Source: Azolla caroliniana
Lineage: Eukaryota; Plantae; Polypodiophyta
NCBI GenBank assembly: GCA_043228905.1
Contig: JBHGNT010000009.1
Location: 1,736,001-1,800,000 of the forward strand
DNA: 64,000 nucleotides
Direction of reading: 5' to 3'
Each line of letters begins with the position of its first letter. Position 1 is the first letter of the stretch. The position numbers were made by a program, and so were the translations under genes. Of the stretch, positions 1-14,597 are shown piece by piece. The notes under the pieces are model-generated. The model made no database searches. It was not told where the DNA came from and worked only from the letters and a program-made list of their open reading frames with translations.

Positions 1-620
1 AGGTGCATGGGCAAGCCCGAACGCTCCCTCGTGACAAGATGACCGAACGTAGAAGTGGTCGAGAACAAAGAAAGAAAGAAAGAAAGAAAGAAACACAAAT
101 GATATTGGCCAAAGAAATAAATACGTGTTCGATTCCAACGCAAGAGGACCGTTTATAAAATAGGGTTTGATTATAATGACAACTTCTAGTTAACCACGAG
201 CTCAATCAAAACATAAATACTAAATGCCCTTACAGACAAGAGCAAATCCGAACACGATGAAGATGAACACACGAGCACCACCAAAATGCCAACCCCAACG
301 AACCACGACCATTCGAATGGCGAGCACACGGGCTCGCAACGTCGAACCAACAAAGCTTGTACTCACGAGCACTTCGAGTGCCAACACAAAGAAGACGAGC
401 ACGTGGCGATGAGGGGATGAAGGGGTATGAGATGAAAAGAAGTGGTGAAGATGAAGATGAAGAGCTCCAAAAGAAAAATGGTGATAGTCTCCTCCTCCCA
501 AAAACACCCTCCTCAAATGAGCCCCCCTCGATCTCCTTTTATAGGAAAAAAGAAGGGGGGTCGCCATTTTTGTCTTCAATGCAAAAGGAATAACATTCCT
601 TAAATCACATTGCATTATAA

Positions 621-685
621 GACCGGATTTGAACCTTGCACCTCTAGCTATAAGTTAATAAGACTATCCAGTAGCCCATTAACTC
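621..685 (-). mobile_element. tRNA-derived (SINE-head-like) degenerate Pol III promoter unit
   Basis: Reverse strand reads GAGTTAATGGGCTACTGGATAG...AGGTGCAAGGTTCAAATCCGGTC: an A-box-like motif and a GGTTCAAATCC B-box at tRNA spacing. No intact cloverleaf. Resembles the unit at 26758-26828. Confidence 0.5.
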
Positions 686-1019
686 TCTCTTATATTCTAT
701 CTCTACAAATTCATAGCCTATCTCCTCTCTATTTTTTATCTCTCCTCTCTCTTACTTTTAACACGAGCTTCTATATATCCTTTCTACCCTTTCTTTTCCC
801 TTTTCTTTTGCATGTGCACAATTAATTGCCTTTGTGTGCACACACATTGCACATGCACATTTTGACCCCCCCCCTTTCGCCGGTTTTTTCCCACTCTCAA
901 GCACGCCACATCACGACATCAGTGTAGTACACCATCGATTTCGAAAATTTAGCCTCATTAGTTTTGCAACATCATCAGTACCATCAATCCGCTCATATTA
1001 AGCTCTTAGTGTAGTTATT

Positions 1020-1475
1020 AATGTGTGCCAGATAAGCTTAATCAATTCAGCTGGAGGGCGTTTGTGTGTTGAAAATACCCAGGTACACCTTGTTGTCCAT
1101 ATACACCATATAGTAATGGGGGCAAGCAATGTCCAAAGATCTCCAATGTTTTTGATTCTATGCACAAGTTGTAGGTACCAGGTTGTCAGTGATCAACCAA
1201 ACAATGCCATGCTCCCCTCTGTACTGAGCATCGCATGTGCTATTGTATATCACCACATCATCCTCAAGACAAATCCAGGAAGCATGTCCCCAGTTGAGGG
1301 TGAACAAACTAGAGGCATGGCAAAGCAAACATAGTGCCCTTCCCCATACAACCATTGCCCCACGACATTCCCATAGACAATGGGAAATGCTTTCTATCTG
1401 TCCACATGCAATACATCTAGGGTCTACATTGGGGCCTTTACCCCACGTCCCTACCGGCAAACTCTATGTGCAATA
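1020..1475 (-). mobile_element. LINE (L1/Tx1-like) ORF2 3' fragment with reverse-transcriptase-associated zinc-binding (zf-RVT-like) motif
   Basis: ORF 1158-1460(-) contains CIACGQIESISHCLWEC..A..VW, the CxxC...ExxxHxxxxC motif typical of the C-terminus of plant non-LTR ORF2. Truncated. Confidence 0.7.
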
Positions 1476-1479
1476 AGTC

Positions 1480-3040
1480 ATAAGAAATCAATTCCTCATA
1501 TTATTTTCTATATTCAAATGTTTAATGCAAATTTATGAGGAACAAATTTTTATGTTTATCTTTGTATATGTAAAAATGTTAAATCTATATCCACATATTT
1601 GTCAATGCCTACATGAAATTGTTGGGTTCCACTATTATGTCAAGTTTACACAACTTCTCATTTAGCAATTGTATTCGTCATACGATTTTGGGTCACTTCC
1701 AAATGTGGGAAAGAGAGCCATATGCTCATTGTTCAATGTTGTCATGCATTTTTTATCAAAGCTTGAATTCAAGGATCACAATGGAAAATGCCCTAAACGT
1801 CTTGTTCCTTAGTTCCACATGCAAGAATAATGATGGGGTAATATTTAAGTTTCATGTGCTTCAAATTCGCAATGTGGCAATGAGATGATGGAAAAGTATA
1901 CAAATAAAGTTTGAATCATATCTTAATTTGTGATGTGGAAAAAGGAGTATATACAATGAAGAAATCATATATGTTAATGTGTAATGGGTACCATTGGAAA
2001 ACACAATGAGCTTAATAAGACACAATACAAAATAATTTCATAAAGGAAATTTGTGGTCGTCATCTTCATCCATCAATGAAGTGTCATTGAAAACCGGAGA
2101 TATGTCTCATTTATTATACTCCAACTGAAGATTTGTCAGTTAAATATAATAATAATTGATAGTGATGTTGCGTACTTTGTACGATGATGTTTAAAAGTTC
2201 TACTGTCAAGATTTCATACAAATTTTAAAATGTCGGGAGAACATGATAACCGAAACACCTCAATTTTCAACCATCAGCAATTAGATGACCTCAAAACTTC
2301 GCAATGAAACAAAATGTGTTACAACTTTAAAAGAAAGAAACACATGTGAATCTAAGCTTTGTAAGATCATCAAATTGTTGCACTTAGAAACATTTGTGTG
2401 CTTTTTTACTTCAAGCATAGTTATCACAATAAAAATGGGCCTACTCGAGTCATAATTATTGCATTGTTAAGAGCTAATCAACTATAGATAGAATACCCCG
2501 TGCTTACATATTTGAAATTTCTATATGCATGCTCACAAGGCTATCTCTATGTGGCGATTCAATACAAAGATTAATAAGGCATAGAATGTAAAAATAGTTT
2601 GCATGAGAAAATCTCCAAGTACGGCCTATAAATTTGAAATACAAGTGATAATATAAACATGAATAAATAATAGCTCTCCCAAAAAAAATATTATGGAGGA
2701 CGAAAGAAGAAAACACGATTTACATGAAATTGGTTGTCAAGGTTCAAGTTAACATCAAGGCGATCAGAGATGACGATGTAAAGACGAGGATGATAAGCTT
2801 GCCAATTAGAAGATTCTCTCATTCATTGAATTGTTAAACTTTGTCGCATTAGATATCGTCAATGAATGAATATGTAAAGGTAAGTCGTGTAGACTTTAGT
2901 CCTTCTCCTTAATTTATTATGTAGGGTGAAGTGATATATAAAATCGTTTTGTGTATGACAAGCATGAATCCACAATTCAACGTTTTTAATTTTACACTAA
3001 TTCCTTAACATATATTAACCGTAGTGTACCGATATACTAG
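1480..3040 (+). mobile_element. possible decayed Helitron 3' portion
   Basis: Frame at 2533-2559 gives SQGYLYVAI, resembling the Pif1/Helitron helicase motif SHGQLYVA. Region ends CCGTAGTGTACCGATATACTAG|T (CTAG 3037-3040 followed by T). The hairpin is degenerate and the 5' boundary is unknown. Confidence 0.3.
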
Positions 3041-4001
3041 TTTGAATGTTAAAACCTTAATGCATGCATTCTTCATAGGTACTTGAAGTTCCTTATTGTC
3101 GTTTGTAATTATTCGACAAAAAGTATGTGAGTTACGTGCTCACCTATTCATGTTGATTTCCTTTACAAAAATCATAATTGTAGCTTATCAATGACAACCA
3201 TTATGAAGAATTTGAAGCTTGAGTAAGTGATAAACTCATTTAGTCTTTACCAAAGAAACTTGCATCCTCTATAAATGCAATTTATAAGAAAAAAAGTGAC
3301 GGATAGCTTGCGCATCACTTATTAGGTCACTCAAGAATAAAGCATGACCTACTTCATTGGTGAACACAAGACCCATCAAATACATGACTACAAAATCCCA
3401 ATTGGTTGAAACGTTGTTAAATAAACTTCATATAAGTGTAATCACAATATGTGGTCAGCATGTACAAAGTGTTAGTGGGATACTTTTGTTGTAAATAGTA
3501 GGGTGGGGATTATGTTGTTTTGATTATGGCTGATCTTTGATGTACTTCTTTTGCTAACTAATGGGAAGTAGTGTTTTTTTGGAAAAAAAGAAGAAAAAAA
3601 GTGTAATCGCAATAATATAATATTCTGTTAATGAGGAATGCATAATATTCACCAAATCATAAACTGTGGCCCCTCATAAATCCACACATTATTCCTTGGC
3701 AATATAAGACAAAGGAAGCCAATGCCAAATTTGAAAGCATTACCTCAATATTCAATTTGTTATTCTCAAGTTAGAAAACACATCGACAAAATGATGGAAT
3801 AGTGGCTAAGCTTATATTTTGCAACTTAATATTCTTGGTTCAAATATCAAGCATAGGTTTAATGTGTTTGTCAGTTTAAGATCATAATAACAACTTTAAA
3901 TGGCTTTTAAATATTGCAATATTGCACATATTAATCATTAAACTTCCAATTGAAAACAAATCAATGACACAAGTTAATTGCGCAAAGTATTAAAAATGTA
4001 T

Positions 4002-4310
4002 GGTTCTCGCCCTAGAAAAGTGAGAGACAAACATTTACTTTGCTAAGTTTACACAAATCAACAATTCATCAAAATACTTATGATCCCAACCATCACTGAG
4101 AATTTAGTCATTTTACATACCTTGTTCATTAAATCTTCTAGTTCAATAAAGTTTCTATCATAAGTTTGTCACACTAGATTATTCAAAATGTGTGGTTCTT
4201 GCACTAGAAAAATCATAAAAAGGCATTTGCTTCACTAAGTTTACTCAAATTGGCATGTTTGCCAAGATTACTTATGAACCCAACCATGAGTGAGAGTCTA
4301 GTCATTACAA
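4002..4310. repeat. degenerate local duplication (~190-bp period)
   Basis: ggttct.gc.ctagaaaa...ctaagtttac.caaat...tacttatga.cccaaccat...tagtcatt occurs at ~4002-4118 and again at ~4195-4309. Confidence 0.6.
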
Positions 4311-7300
4311 TGTTATGATCTATGCTCTAGAACACTGCCACACAATTATTCATCATGAGGCTCTTGAGATCCAAGATCGATAAATTTGAGATTCGACACA
4401 AGGGCACACACTATGTATGTGATGATATAGGGGGCTAGGACATAACCCATGGCATATGATTTGTCGGGGATGTGTAGTCTCTTGACATCGGCATTTGCAA
4501 TGGCCATTGGTGATATCATCGATTGTTTGTATCATGAGATTGATTAGTGAGTATCGTCAATCTTGGAAAACGATTTCACAACATGCCTATCTTAAAGCCT
4601 AATCGAATCTAGGTGCACAATTGTTTTTTCCAAATAGAAGTTGAGAAAATCCTTCTATGCATTGTACGCTTATTTAAAGTCATTTGATATTAGTTTCTCG
4701 TCAGCCACCATGAACAATCTATGTTGTGTTGTGCATAACTTAAATATAATTTAACTCTAGATCACTGACGTCATGATATAGACCCAACATTTGTGTATTT
4801 AAAAAACATTGGGGTCCTTAGTTCTCCACGTCTCAAATTGACATCCTTTATCATTCATATCATCGAACAACCATACTTGCTAATGCGTAAGCTTAAGTAT
4901 TTTTATATATTGGAATCTGGTCATATGTATGTATTGTTATCCATCTCTATAGTTGACGTTTGTGTGGGGTATTAATATGATCTTATGCGACTTTAACATA
5001 TTTATGGTATAAAGATGGCTATATTGATCAATAGAAAATCTCAAAATTTAAAAGACCAATTCAATGTACTACTCGATCGTGAAGGAAGGAAATACTTCTT
5101 TGTTTTTCAACCTCTGGCCCTACCATTTTGGTCTAGGGGTATTCTTGTTAGGCAAACCCTTCCATGGAAGAGGCCCTAGACGCTAGGTTTATGTTGAAGT
5201 TGGTTATTTGTGTAAGTTTGAGAAAGTACAAAACTAGTCCTATAATAATGTGTAAATATAACATGCAAGAACATGCTGTTTGAAATAATGTATCTAGACC
5301 AAATCTCCCCTAATGTCTTCAATAATACATGAAATTTTCATAATTTTAAAGCTAATTAATGCATGTGCCTTAAAATAAACTATAGCATTTATATTTAGGA
5401 TATCGACGACTTGAGAGATCATATTGCACAACAAAAATATTTCAAGAATAAACACATACATATCTCAGTTTTTCGTAGAGCTCTAAAACTTTATCACAAA
5501 TTTACTTTGATATGATGGAGGTTTGGTTTGGTGCACTCGGGATATGAATGAAATTGGACACATGGTGAAACTTGGTCACCTCCCTCTTCAAGGCATGTAC
5601 ACTCAATACCCCGCCCTATCTCTTTGGAATGTGTCGCGCGGACATGCCTCCAAATTTTTTATAAAAATGGTGATGGAGAAAATCACATATTAACTATCTA
5701 TTTTAGCATTGGACACCACCCTAGCATATCATAAAAAAATGAAATCCACGTGGCAAATCTCTTGTTGAAATCATGTGTTGGAATAATTGCTTGTTCATTA
5801 AGGATCCAAATTACCCAACCACATTATTAACACAAATAACGAGATGAATTTGAGTAATACAAACATGACTAAGGATTAGACTATCCAATTAATTGAATAT
5901 TCTCAAATTGAGATCCACCAATTTGAATGAGGTTCTCCGGGTTCCCATGGCCCATTTAACGGGAAGCACATGCATATATACAATGGAAAATGCTTGAATG
6001 CTTGATATTTCTTACTAAGATTAATGAAAAGGTTTGACATGCGCTAATGGATCTACTCCAACTTGAATAACTTCTTTGATACATTGAGCATGGTTGACAC
6101 CCTCTATCGCATGGATTGCCAACAACAAGATGTTTACCCAAACAATGCTTGTAACAACAAATCAATGATTCGTTTAATCATTCCTCTCCCATGAATTTAC
6201 TTTCAATTTTATCCTTGAATGTTAGATCTATAGTCACTTACATTTGGGATCATTCATGTTGGCCATTGTTCTTTTTTGAATGAGGGGGAATTAAGACTTC
6301 AAGTGGGGCTAATTAAGAGTCAACTTTTAGGTTAAGAAGCCATATGATCCACCTCTTGTGGAGCTGGTCAAATGATAGCTTTATAAAATCTCCTACTTTT
6401 GCAAATGGCAACAACATTTTATTACTTATATTAGGTTATACCCACCCTTGTTTTCTCTATTTAGAAATAGGGTAGTCAACTAAATATATAGAATGAAGTT
6501 TTGGTTTTAGACTTGTAAAAAAGGAGATTGTTAGGTCTTACTCAATTTTGAAAAGCAAAAGCAAGTATTAAACTTGTGAACCTTCAACATCACATAAGTT
6601 AGATTTCAATTATAATTCCAAGTTACCTATGGAGCTTTTATGAAACACTACAAATGCCCCCCTCCCCCTTCCATGTTGAATTAAAGAATCACCTTTTGAA
6701 TGGTATCATTTTGCATGTAAATAATGTATTTCCACAAGCCCTTTTGTTGGATTCGAATATTATTGTATATGTTCACGAGCATCATTAAGTGCGTAAGTGA
6801 GTGAATTAAGGTCAAATTCTGCTATTATATTTAGTTTCAATGTTACTTTTTACGTGTCAATTGAAGATTAAGATTTTGGTGCATACTACGTGTTAGATTT
6901 GGCAAAATATCGCATCACCAAATATTTATGTGTTGAGCACATGTATGTAAGCATTGAAAATATGTTTTCTAAACAAACAAGTCCAAGTGTCTATTTTGTG
7001 TGGTGTAGAGAAACAATTGCATGTGCCGAATTTGTTCTATTGATCCTACATTGTTAACAACTCAAAATTCGCAGCTCTAAATTAAACCCTAATAGAATTG
7101 AGCCCCTCAAAGCAACAATGTACACAAATGTTTATTGAGGATCAAACATTAATATGAATTAAAGGTTTACATAGTTATGTAATCTAGTAATATCCAACAA
7201 TATCTAGATGTAAAAGTTAGACACAAACTAGAGAATATCCATCGCATTAGAATTTGTGCTATCTTCGTGCTTTGTTTGTGGTAATGTACTTTATTATATA

Positions 7301-8165
7301 TACATACATAAGCCTATAGACCAACGACGTGTCATAATTTGCAATAGATTTCTTGTAATACACACAATGAAAGGACAAAGAAAAGCATTATATTATGATA
7401 CTAAAAGAACGAGTGTTACATTTATCGTCAATAGACGAAACGTTAATACTGGAGAACACACATAAAAGGGTGCTATGATCCACCATATCACGTCTTGCGA
7501 TGCAATTAAGTAAAATAGAAAGACAATAGACGGTTTAAAATTAATGCAATCAAGTGAGGAAGGCAAGAAGGATGCAATGGAGCAAGTAGGTGAAAATTCC
7601 TATCATAAGTGTCCAAGATACAACACTTGATAACAACATGTGATCATCTCCACAAAAGGGCTTATTCAAGAGTCAAGACCACAAATATATGGTGCATGTG
7701 AGCACTTAAAGATCGAAGACTACAAGACAAATGGAACAAGCAAAGAGAAATACCATAGGGAAACAATGTCGGGATTGATTGATTGTGTGTGTGTGTGTGT
7801 GTTTCAGATGGAAATGTGTGGAGCAAGTCATAAGAATGGTAGTGTGTGAAGTGAGTGAGCGAGGTTGTCGTGAAGCAAGAGATAACACACCGAGATTTCA
7901 TCCATGTCTGGCTTTCGAGGTTACAAACGGATAGGAGGAACAAGTTAAGCACATCCAACATAAAAAGTAGAGAACAAATGGCAGGGACTCCTTCAAGTCG
8001 AGATAGCTTTGGTTGAAAGAGGGAATTGTTGACATGGGAATGGGTGGGTCAATGGGGTTTTTTATGGCCGAGAGAGAGTAGAAGCAGGGCAAGGTAAGGC
8101 GGGCGGGCGGGAACAACAAACAACAACAACAACAACAACAACAAGATCGTGTGAGTCGTGACACG

Positions 8166-8272
8166 TGACCAAGTTCCAAGTGTCGACCATGACAGACGTA
8201 TATAACATAAGAAATGGCCGTGACCAAGTTCTAGGTGTCGACAATGATAGATGTATATAACATAAGAAATGA
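8166..8272. repeat. two-copy ~54-bp tandem repeat upstream of the CIPK gene
   Basis: GTGACCAAGTTC.A.GTGTCGAC.ATGA.AGA.GTATATAACATAAGAAATG occurs twice in tandem. Confidence 0.8.
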
Positions 8273-9105
8273 TCGATTCGGTTTTATAGAGATTACTGAA
8301 GAATGTTTTGTTTGTTTGTGTGTTTGTTTGTGCATATATAGAGAGGAATTCAAGAATCAAAACATTAGTAGCAGTTAAAGACATTAAATGTGTATATACT
8401 ATGTATGTACATACATACATATAGTTGTATATGTTACATATTGTAGAGATACATACAAATCAAATGTTTGAATAGATCCATTGTCCTTTCCTGGAACAGA
8501 ACCAGAATCAGAACCAGAACCAGAACAGAGAAAGTTTGAAATTTGAAAGGGGGGGTTAAGAGTTAAGAAAGACACAGACAGACAGACAGATAGATAGACA
8601 TAGAGAGAATCAGAGAGAGAATAATCTTTAATCTTTCTTTCTTTCTCTCTTTCTATCTCTTGTATGTATGTATGTATAACAAATCGCCCACAAATCTATT
8701 TCTCTTCTCTCCCCCCTGCTCTGTTTCTTCTCCTCCTTCCTCAATATAGCTAGTTGGGTATAGCCAGGTAGGCAAGAATGTGTATAGATCATGTATTGGC
8801 TCCAACTGGTCAGATTTCCCCCTCTGCTCATCTTACTATAGTCGATAACAATGGAGTAGAAGAAAAGTGAATGATGAAAGAGTTATTCACAACCATGCAG
8901 TGAGCTATTATTTCATTTTCTCTTGAAAGAATTGTAGTTTTCTTGGGGAAAGATTTGCCCTCTTAATACATTACAAGATCGAAAAAAACAGAGTCGAGAC
9001 ACAGACTAACTGAATGACAACAGTGATTGATCAGAGAGAAATGGACGATAATGATTCCATTTTTTCTTCAAAGGAATTTGTGATATTTTCCGCTTATCAA
9101 TAATA

Positions 9106-12100
9106 ATGAGTGATAAGAGTAATTCGAGATCAGGCGGCCGGACCCGAGTGGGAAGGTTCGAGCTCGGTCAAACCTTAGGTGAAGGAAACTTTGCCAAGGT
9201 TAAGTATGCTAAGAACATGGAAACTAGCCAACATGTTGCCATAAAAATCATTGATAAGGAGAAGATCTTCAAGTGTAAGATGGTAGACCAGGTGTGTAAT
9301 TGCCATTTTTCCTTCATTTTTTAAAACTTTAGCTACTTAAATTTCCTATATATAATGACTTATTACTGTTGGTGTAATTTGATCCACATATACTCAATTG
9401 GGTTTTTTGGTTTTCTTCTAGAATTGCTGTAAATACTATAATCATGCAACAGTTTGTTTGTTTGTAGATTAGATTAGATTAGATTGGATTAGATCTTCAT
9501 ATTTGTGTAGATTTCATTGGAACCTTAGCATGGAAGAATGGCCATGGTTATAGGGCAATTGGGTCAGATGTGTATAATATTAGTTTGGATCTGAAGATTT
9601 ATCATTGGGGAACAATGGAATCATATTTGTAGAGTAGGTCGGATCTAAGTATTCAAGAATGATCATCGTGATAGCATAATAAAATCATATGTGCTGATTA
9701 GGTTGTCTCTAAATATGGAAGAATGATCATCATAGAACAACAAAGTTCTGATGTCCCTCAAACAAACATACAGAAAAAAACAAAAGGTTTCTATATTGTT
9801 TTTTCTCTTACACACTCTTGAATGTTTATGGTTGATGAGATTGGTATGTCTCAAAAGTTATATTTTTAAGTTGTAGAGAAATGGGATCATTGGTGCTGTT
9901 TTTCTTTGATATGTATGTATATATGTTATGAAAATGGCCAACTCCCATCACAAACTACGAAGAGTCAATTGTTATTGTGATACTTATCACTTGTTTCCTA
10001 CTTGATTATATAATGTGAAGTCTCTTTTGTGTGTGTGTGTGTGCCAGATCAAAAGAGAAATATCCACAATGAAGCTAGCTAGGCATCCAAATGTCGTGCA
10101 TCTTTACGAAGTGAGTAGCGGCACACAAATCGTAAATTACAGTCATTATCCTGATTGGATGGAGCTCAGTGGGTTGTAGCAGCAAGGCTACTCTGTCACT
10201 ATATACATATTACACAAAATATAAATAGTATATTGTGTGATTGTATATTTATGCATTAGCCTAATCCTAGAATGTTTGAAGTGCCAAATATTTTTCCTAA
10301 TCTTTACGATGTCAAATATTTTTAACTAGATCCAAGCCCTGAAATATCTATTCCTTGGTACATCTCAGGTAATGGCTAGCAAGAGAAAAATCTATTTTGT
10401 GATGGAACTTGTTACTGGAGGCGAACTTTTCAACAAAATTGTAAGTTACAAATGCTTACATGTTATTTCTAATTTTGTTAGCCTTCATGGGGAGTAGGTA
10501 GGCCATTCCAAAATACCGCCGATCTTTTCTTTATTTCATCGAAATATCTCCAAATTTTTGCTATTTACCCAAACACTTGTTCTACTCCAGGGAGAGTGAA
10601 AAACAAGAGATAAACCAATCATAATAAATTAGAGCTAATTTTGGGATTGACTGAGGGGCATTTTAAAGGAAATTAATGAAAATATGGGGGCATTTGGAGG
10701 AAATAAAGAAAAAAATTCAGAAGCGTTTCTTTCTCCCCCTTGTGTTTGTATCATATCTTACTGAAATGCAGGAATCCATGTTTTCAAACAGAATAAGGAG
10801 AAGAGGCTGAAGGAAGATGAGGCAAGAAAGTATTTTCAACAACTTATTAGTGTTGTGGATTATTGTCACAACCAGGGCGTGTATCATAGAGACCTTAAGG
10901 TTTTGGAGTTGACAAAGAAACTGTCATTTGAGAATATTTATTTGGTTAATATACTCTCTAATGCATATTGATAAAGGTTTTGCATTCTCTTGTTTGTTTC
11001 AGCCAGAGAATCTCTTGCTCGATTCAGTTGGAAATTTAAGGATCTCAGATTTCGGTCTAAGCGCATTGTCACATAATTGCCGAGTTAGTTTTTTTATGGT
11101 TTTGTGTGAATCAAGATCAGTCATGGAATCACTACTTAACTAAGGAAGAGTATTTGTATTATTTCTAACTAGTTATTTGGCCACAGGAAGATGGGCTGTT
11201 TCACACTACATGTGGTACCCCGAATTATGTTGCACCTGAGGTATGTTTTTCATAGATGTGGTTTAACAAAAGAGAAGCAAAAAGAATAAAAAACAGAACA
11301 AAAAAGATGTGCGTTGATGATGTACAAAAAGTTGGATTTATGTTTTTATATGCCTATATCAATTCAATTGAAAGTTGAAAATGTTTATAGGTGATTGTAA
11401 ATAGAGGGTATGATGGGGCCAAAGCAGATCTCTGGTCCTGCGGTATCATTCTCTTTGTTCTCTTGGCAGGCTACTTACCATTTGATGATAAAAATCTAAT
11501 AAATTTGTATAAGAAGGTATTATTATTTTTGTTCTGATTCAACACTTTTTAATTGTCAAGAGAGAAAACTAAATTGTTCATTTTGTGGGGTTACTTTTTT
11601 GCTTCTCTAAATTGTGACAATTCATTTGGTAACAGATCTATAAAGGCGATTTCTCATTTCCAGCATGGTTTTCTTCAGGAGTAAAAAAGTTGATCTCTAA
11701 AATACTGACACCGAATCCAAAGAATGTAAATATTTCTTAATCACACCTTATATTCTCTTCTATTGTGTTTAACTTAACTTGAGTGAGATAAGATCTATGA
11801 AGTTACGTTAAACACAATACTTTTTTATGTGATGTTAAAAACTCTTGTTTTATTTGTATTTTTTCTAATTTGTTTATTTTTTCTTTTTCTTAACATGGTT
11901 TTTGTAGCGAATTACTGCAGCTCAAATCTTTCAAGATCCATGGTTTCTAAAAGGTTTCATGCCAATCAAGCATCTTGAGTTTGGGAATGGGAATATTAAC
12001 ACTGATGATGTAGATGATGTTTTCGATGATTCAAATGTGAGGATCAAAATAATCTAGTTGTTTCTTGAATCACCTTTAGAGTTAAAAAAAATCATTGGAG

Positions 12101-13360
12101 CAAAAAAATAGGCATCAGCATTATTAGATATACATTTTTACAACATTTTTCCACACACTCTAAAATTATTTTGGGTTAAAGTTCTTTTAGATTAGGATAT
12201 CTAATTTGATTACCATGTCACCTTCAGGCAACTCTTGTCACAGAAGAGAGAGTGACAAAACCTACAACATTGAATGCTTTCGAGATCATCTCCCTCAACA
12301 AGGGTCTGGACCTCTCAGGATTGTTCGAAGATATAGTGGTTTGTATCTATGATTTGTATTTAACAGATGAAGATATCATTTAAGCAAGTCGGGTATAATG
12401 CTTGAGGCTCACTTATTCATAACCAAACCATTTATTGCTAGAATCTCAGGCAACATATCCATTTCGCATCAAAGCATCCGGCACCTGAGATCATATCGAA
12501 GATGGAGGAGACAGCTAAACCACTAGGATTTGATGTTCACAAGTGTAACTATAAGGTCAGTTATATGTAAGTTGAGCTTTATTCTATACAATTCCGAGGT
12601 TTAAGAGGGATGGTTCTTGAAGGTCTTTTTCTCTTTCCTTTTCTTGTGTTGTAGATGAATTTGCAGGGGCCTAGGACAGGGAGGAAAGGTCATTTATCAA
12701 TCTCAACTGAGGTTAGGCATACATATACAAAATAAATAAATCTTCCTCAATAGTAAAATGACCATACAAGGTGCATGAAAAGGATATGAAACATCGATAA
12801 AGATTTTCGTAACAAACTGATTTTGTTTTTTACATCCACACACTGATGTATGCACACATGCATTCATGTATCCATGCATTAAGGGAACACATGCATACAG
12901 GCATGCTCTCCATGGACACAAGCCATGCAAATGCCTCCATGTTCTACATGGAAACACATAGATACAGCCATGCATACATACATTCATGTATCCCTGATGG
13001 ACACATCAATCATGCATGTATTCATCCATTCAATACATCCAATACATGTGTGCATACATGGCCTTGTTAACGAATTTTGTGATGTGTTGGTTTTTTTGAA
13101 AGGTATTTGAGGTTGCTCCTTCATTTTACATGGTAGAACTACGCAAAGCTAGTGGCGATAATTTGGAATATCATAAGGTTTCTCAAACATTCTTAATTGT
13201 GTTATTTCTTTTTCTTTGATCGATACCACATTTAATGTGTGATAGTTAAAGACTCATTGTTGGTTGAATGTTGTAGTTCTATCAAAGTTTCTCATTGGGT
13301 TTGAAGGATATTGTGTGGAGAAGTGATGCCGAACAAAACTTACATGAGCTGAAGGCATAA
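9106..13360 (+). CDS. CIPK23: CBL-interacting Ser/Thr protein kinase (SnRK3/CIPK, intron-rich clade, CIPK23-like), ~449 aa
   Basis: 14 GT-AG exons, all phase 0: 9106-9291, 10048-10110, 10369-10440, 10792-10899, 11003-11083, 11187-11240, 11391-11516, 11636-11725, 11908-12036, 12228-12338, 12442-12555, 12655-12711, 13103-13177, 13277-13360 (TAA). Motifs: [39 protein letters not shown] domain ([19 protein letters not shown]), PPI region, C-terminal LKDIVW. Family is certain; strict CIPK23 orthology is not shown. Confidence 0.95.
12846..13062. repeat. degenerate CATG/CATA-rich minisatellite in CIPK intron 12
   Basis: Recurrent catgcat/cattcatgtatcc/catggacaca blocks; source of several spurious His/Met-rich ORFs. 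Confidence 0.6.
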
Positions 13361-13902
13361 CAATTTCAACAAGTAGTTTTATATGAAAAGACAAACATCC
13401 CCTTACCCATCATGTGAAAGCAACTAACATGTCTAAATTGTAAACTAGTGTCCTAATAGGTTTTCATATAAAGGCTCGACATTGTCTCCTATCAATTCTA
13501 TTGAAATTTGTATTGTATCCATCAGGGAATTGATTCAATATGTATACATTATATGATGGTTCTCAATGTTTTTCAGCTCCCATGACAAGAATATAATATA
13601 ATTGTCCTAGTAGTAATGTAATCAAAGATTCCGTGGCAATAATATTTATCGTCTTTTCTTTAGCCATAGAACTCTTTACCAGTGTTCATCTTGAGCTTGT
13701 GTATATTATCACAATCAACATCAACATGACAATGTTATATCTCAATAAACCATCCATCTTTCAAAACAATCTCAAGATCATGATTCTTACTATGCAAGTA
13801 CTTGGCCATCAAATCCAAGACAAAACAAAACGGTTAAGCATGCTTGCATAATAAATTTGTCGATATTTCTGTTACAAACTTATAACATCCCTCAAAACAA
13901 CC

Positions 13903-14311
13903 TTAAGCAACACAATATGGTGTTTGAATTAAAATTTTATTGGGAGTTGGCATTGAAAACATACGGAGTCATAAATGTGTAACTTCAATATCTATTGTCC
14001 ATTACTATGTGCAACTTGTCCTCTTTTGAAGGTATTTCCAAAGCTAGACATTGTTAAATGAAATAATGTCCTATGCTTTGGTTTTAACTTCCATATTGTC
14101 CTATCTAATCAACATGGAACAGAGCATGCATGGCTAACGCTAAACATGCCTACAAAATGAATTCTTTGATATTAACCTTGCAACATTTATACATCAAAAC
14201 AATATTAAGCAACACAATATGGTGCTAAATTGACTTTCAATTAAAATTTTTCTGGGATTTGGCATTGAAAATAAGGAGTAATAAATGTGTAACTTCAATT
14301 TCTATTGACCA
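13903..14311. repeat. ~100-bp direct duplication at ~305-bp spacing
   Basis: ttaagcaacacaatatggtg...ttggcattgaaaa...ggagt.ataaatgtgtaacttcaat.tctattg.cca at ~13903-14001 and ~14206-14311. Confidence 0.7.
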
Positions 14312-14466
14312 CGGTTACATTTATAAATGTGTAACATTTATACTATGTTAGAGAACTACGGTTACAGTTATGCTCGTAACAACTACAGTTCCGTTGTCTT
14401 GGGTGACACCTAACATGTTGTACATTTATAATTTCATGTCCTATGTATGTAGGAAACATTCAATTA

Positions 14467-14597
<131 letters not shown>

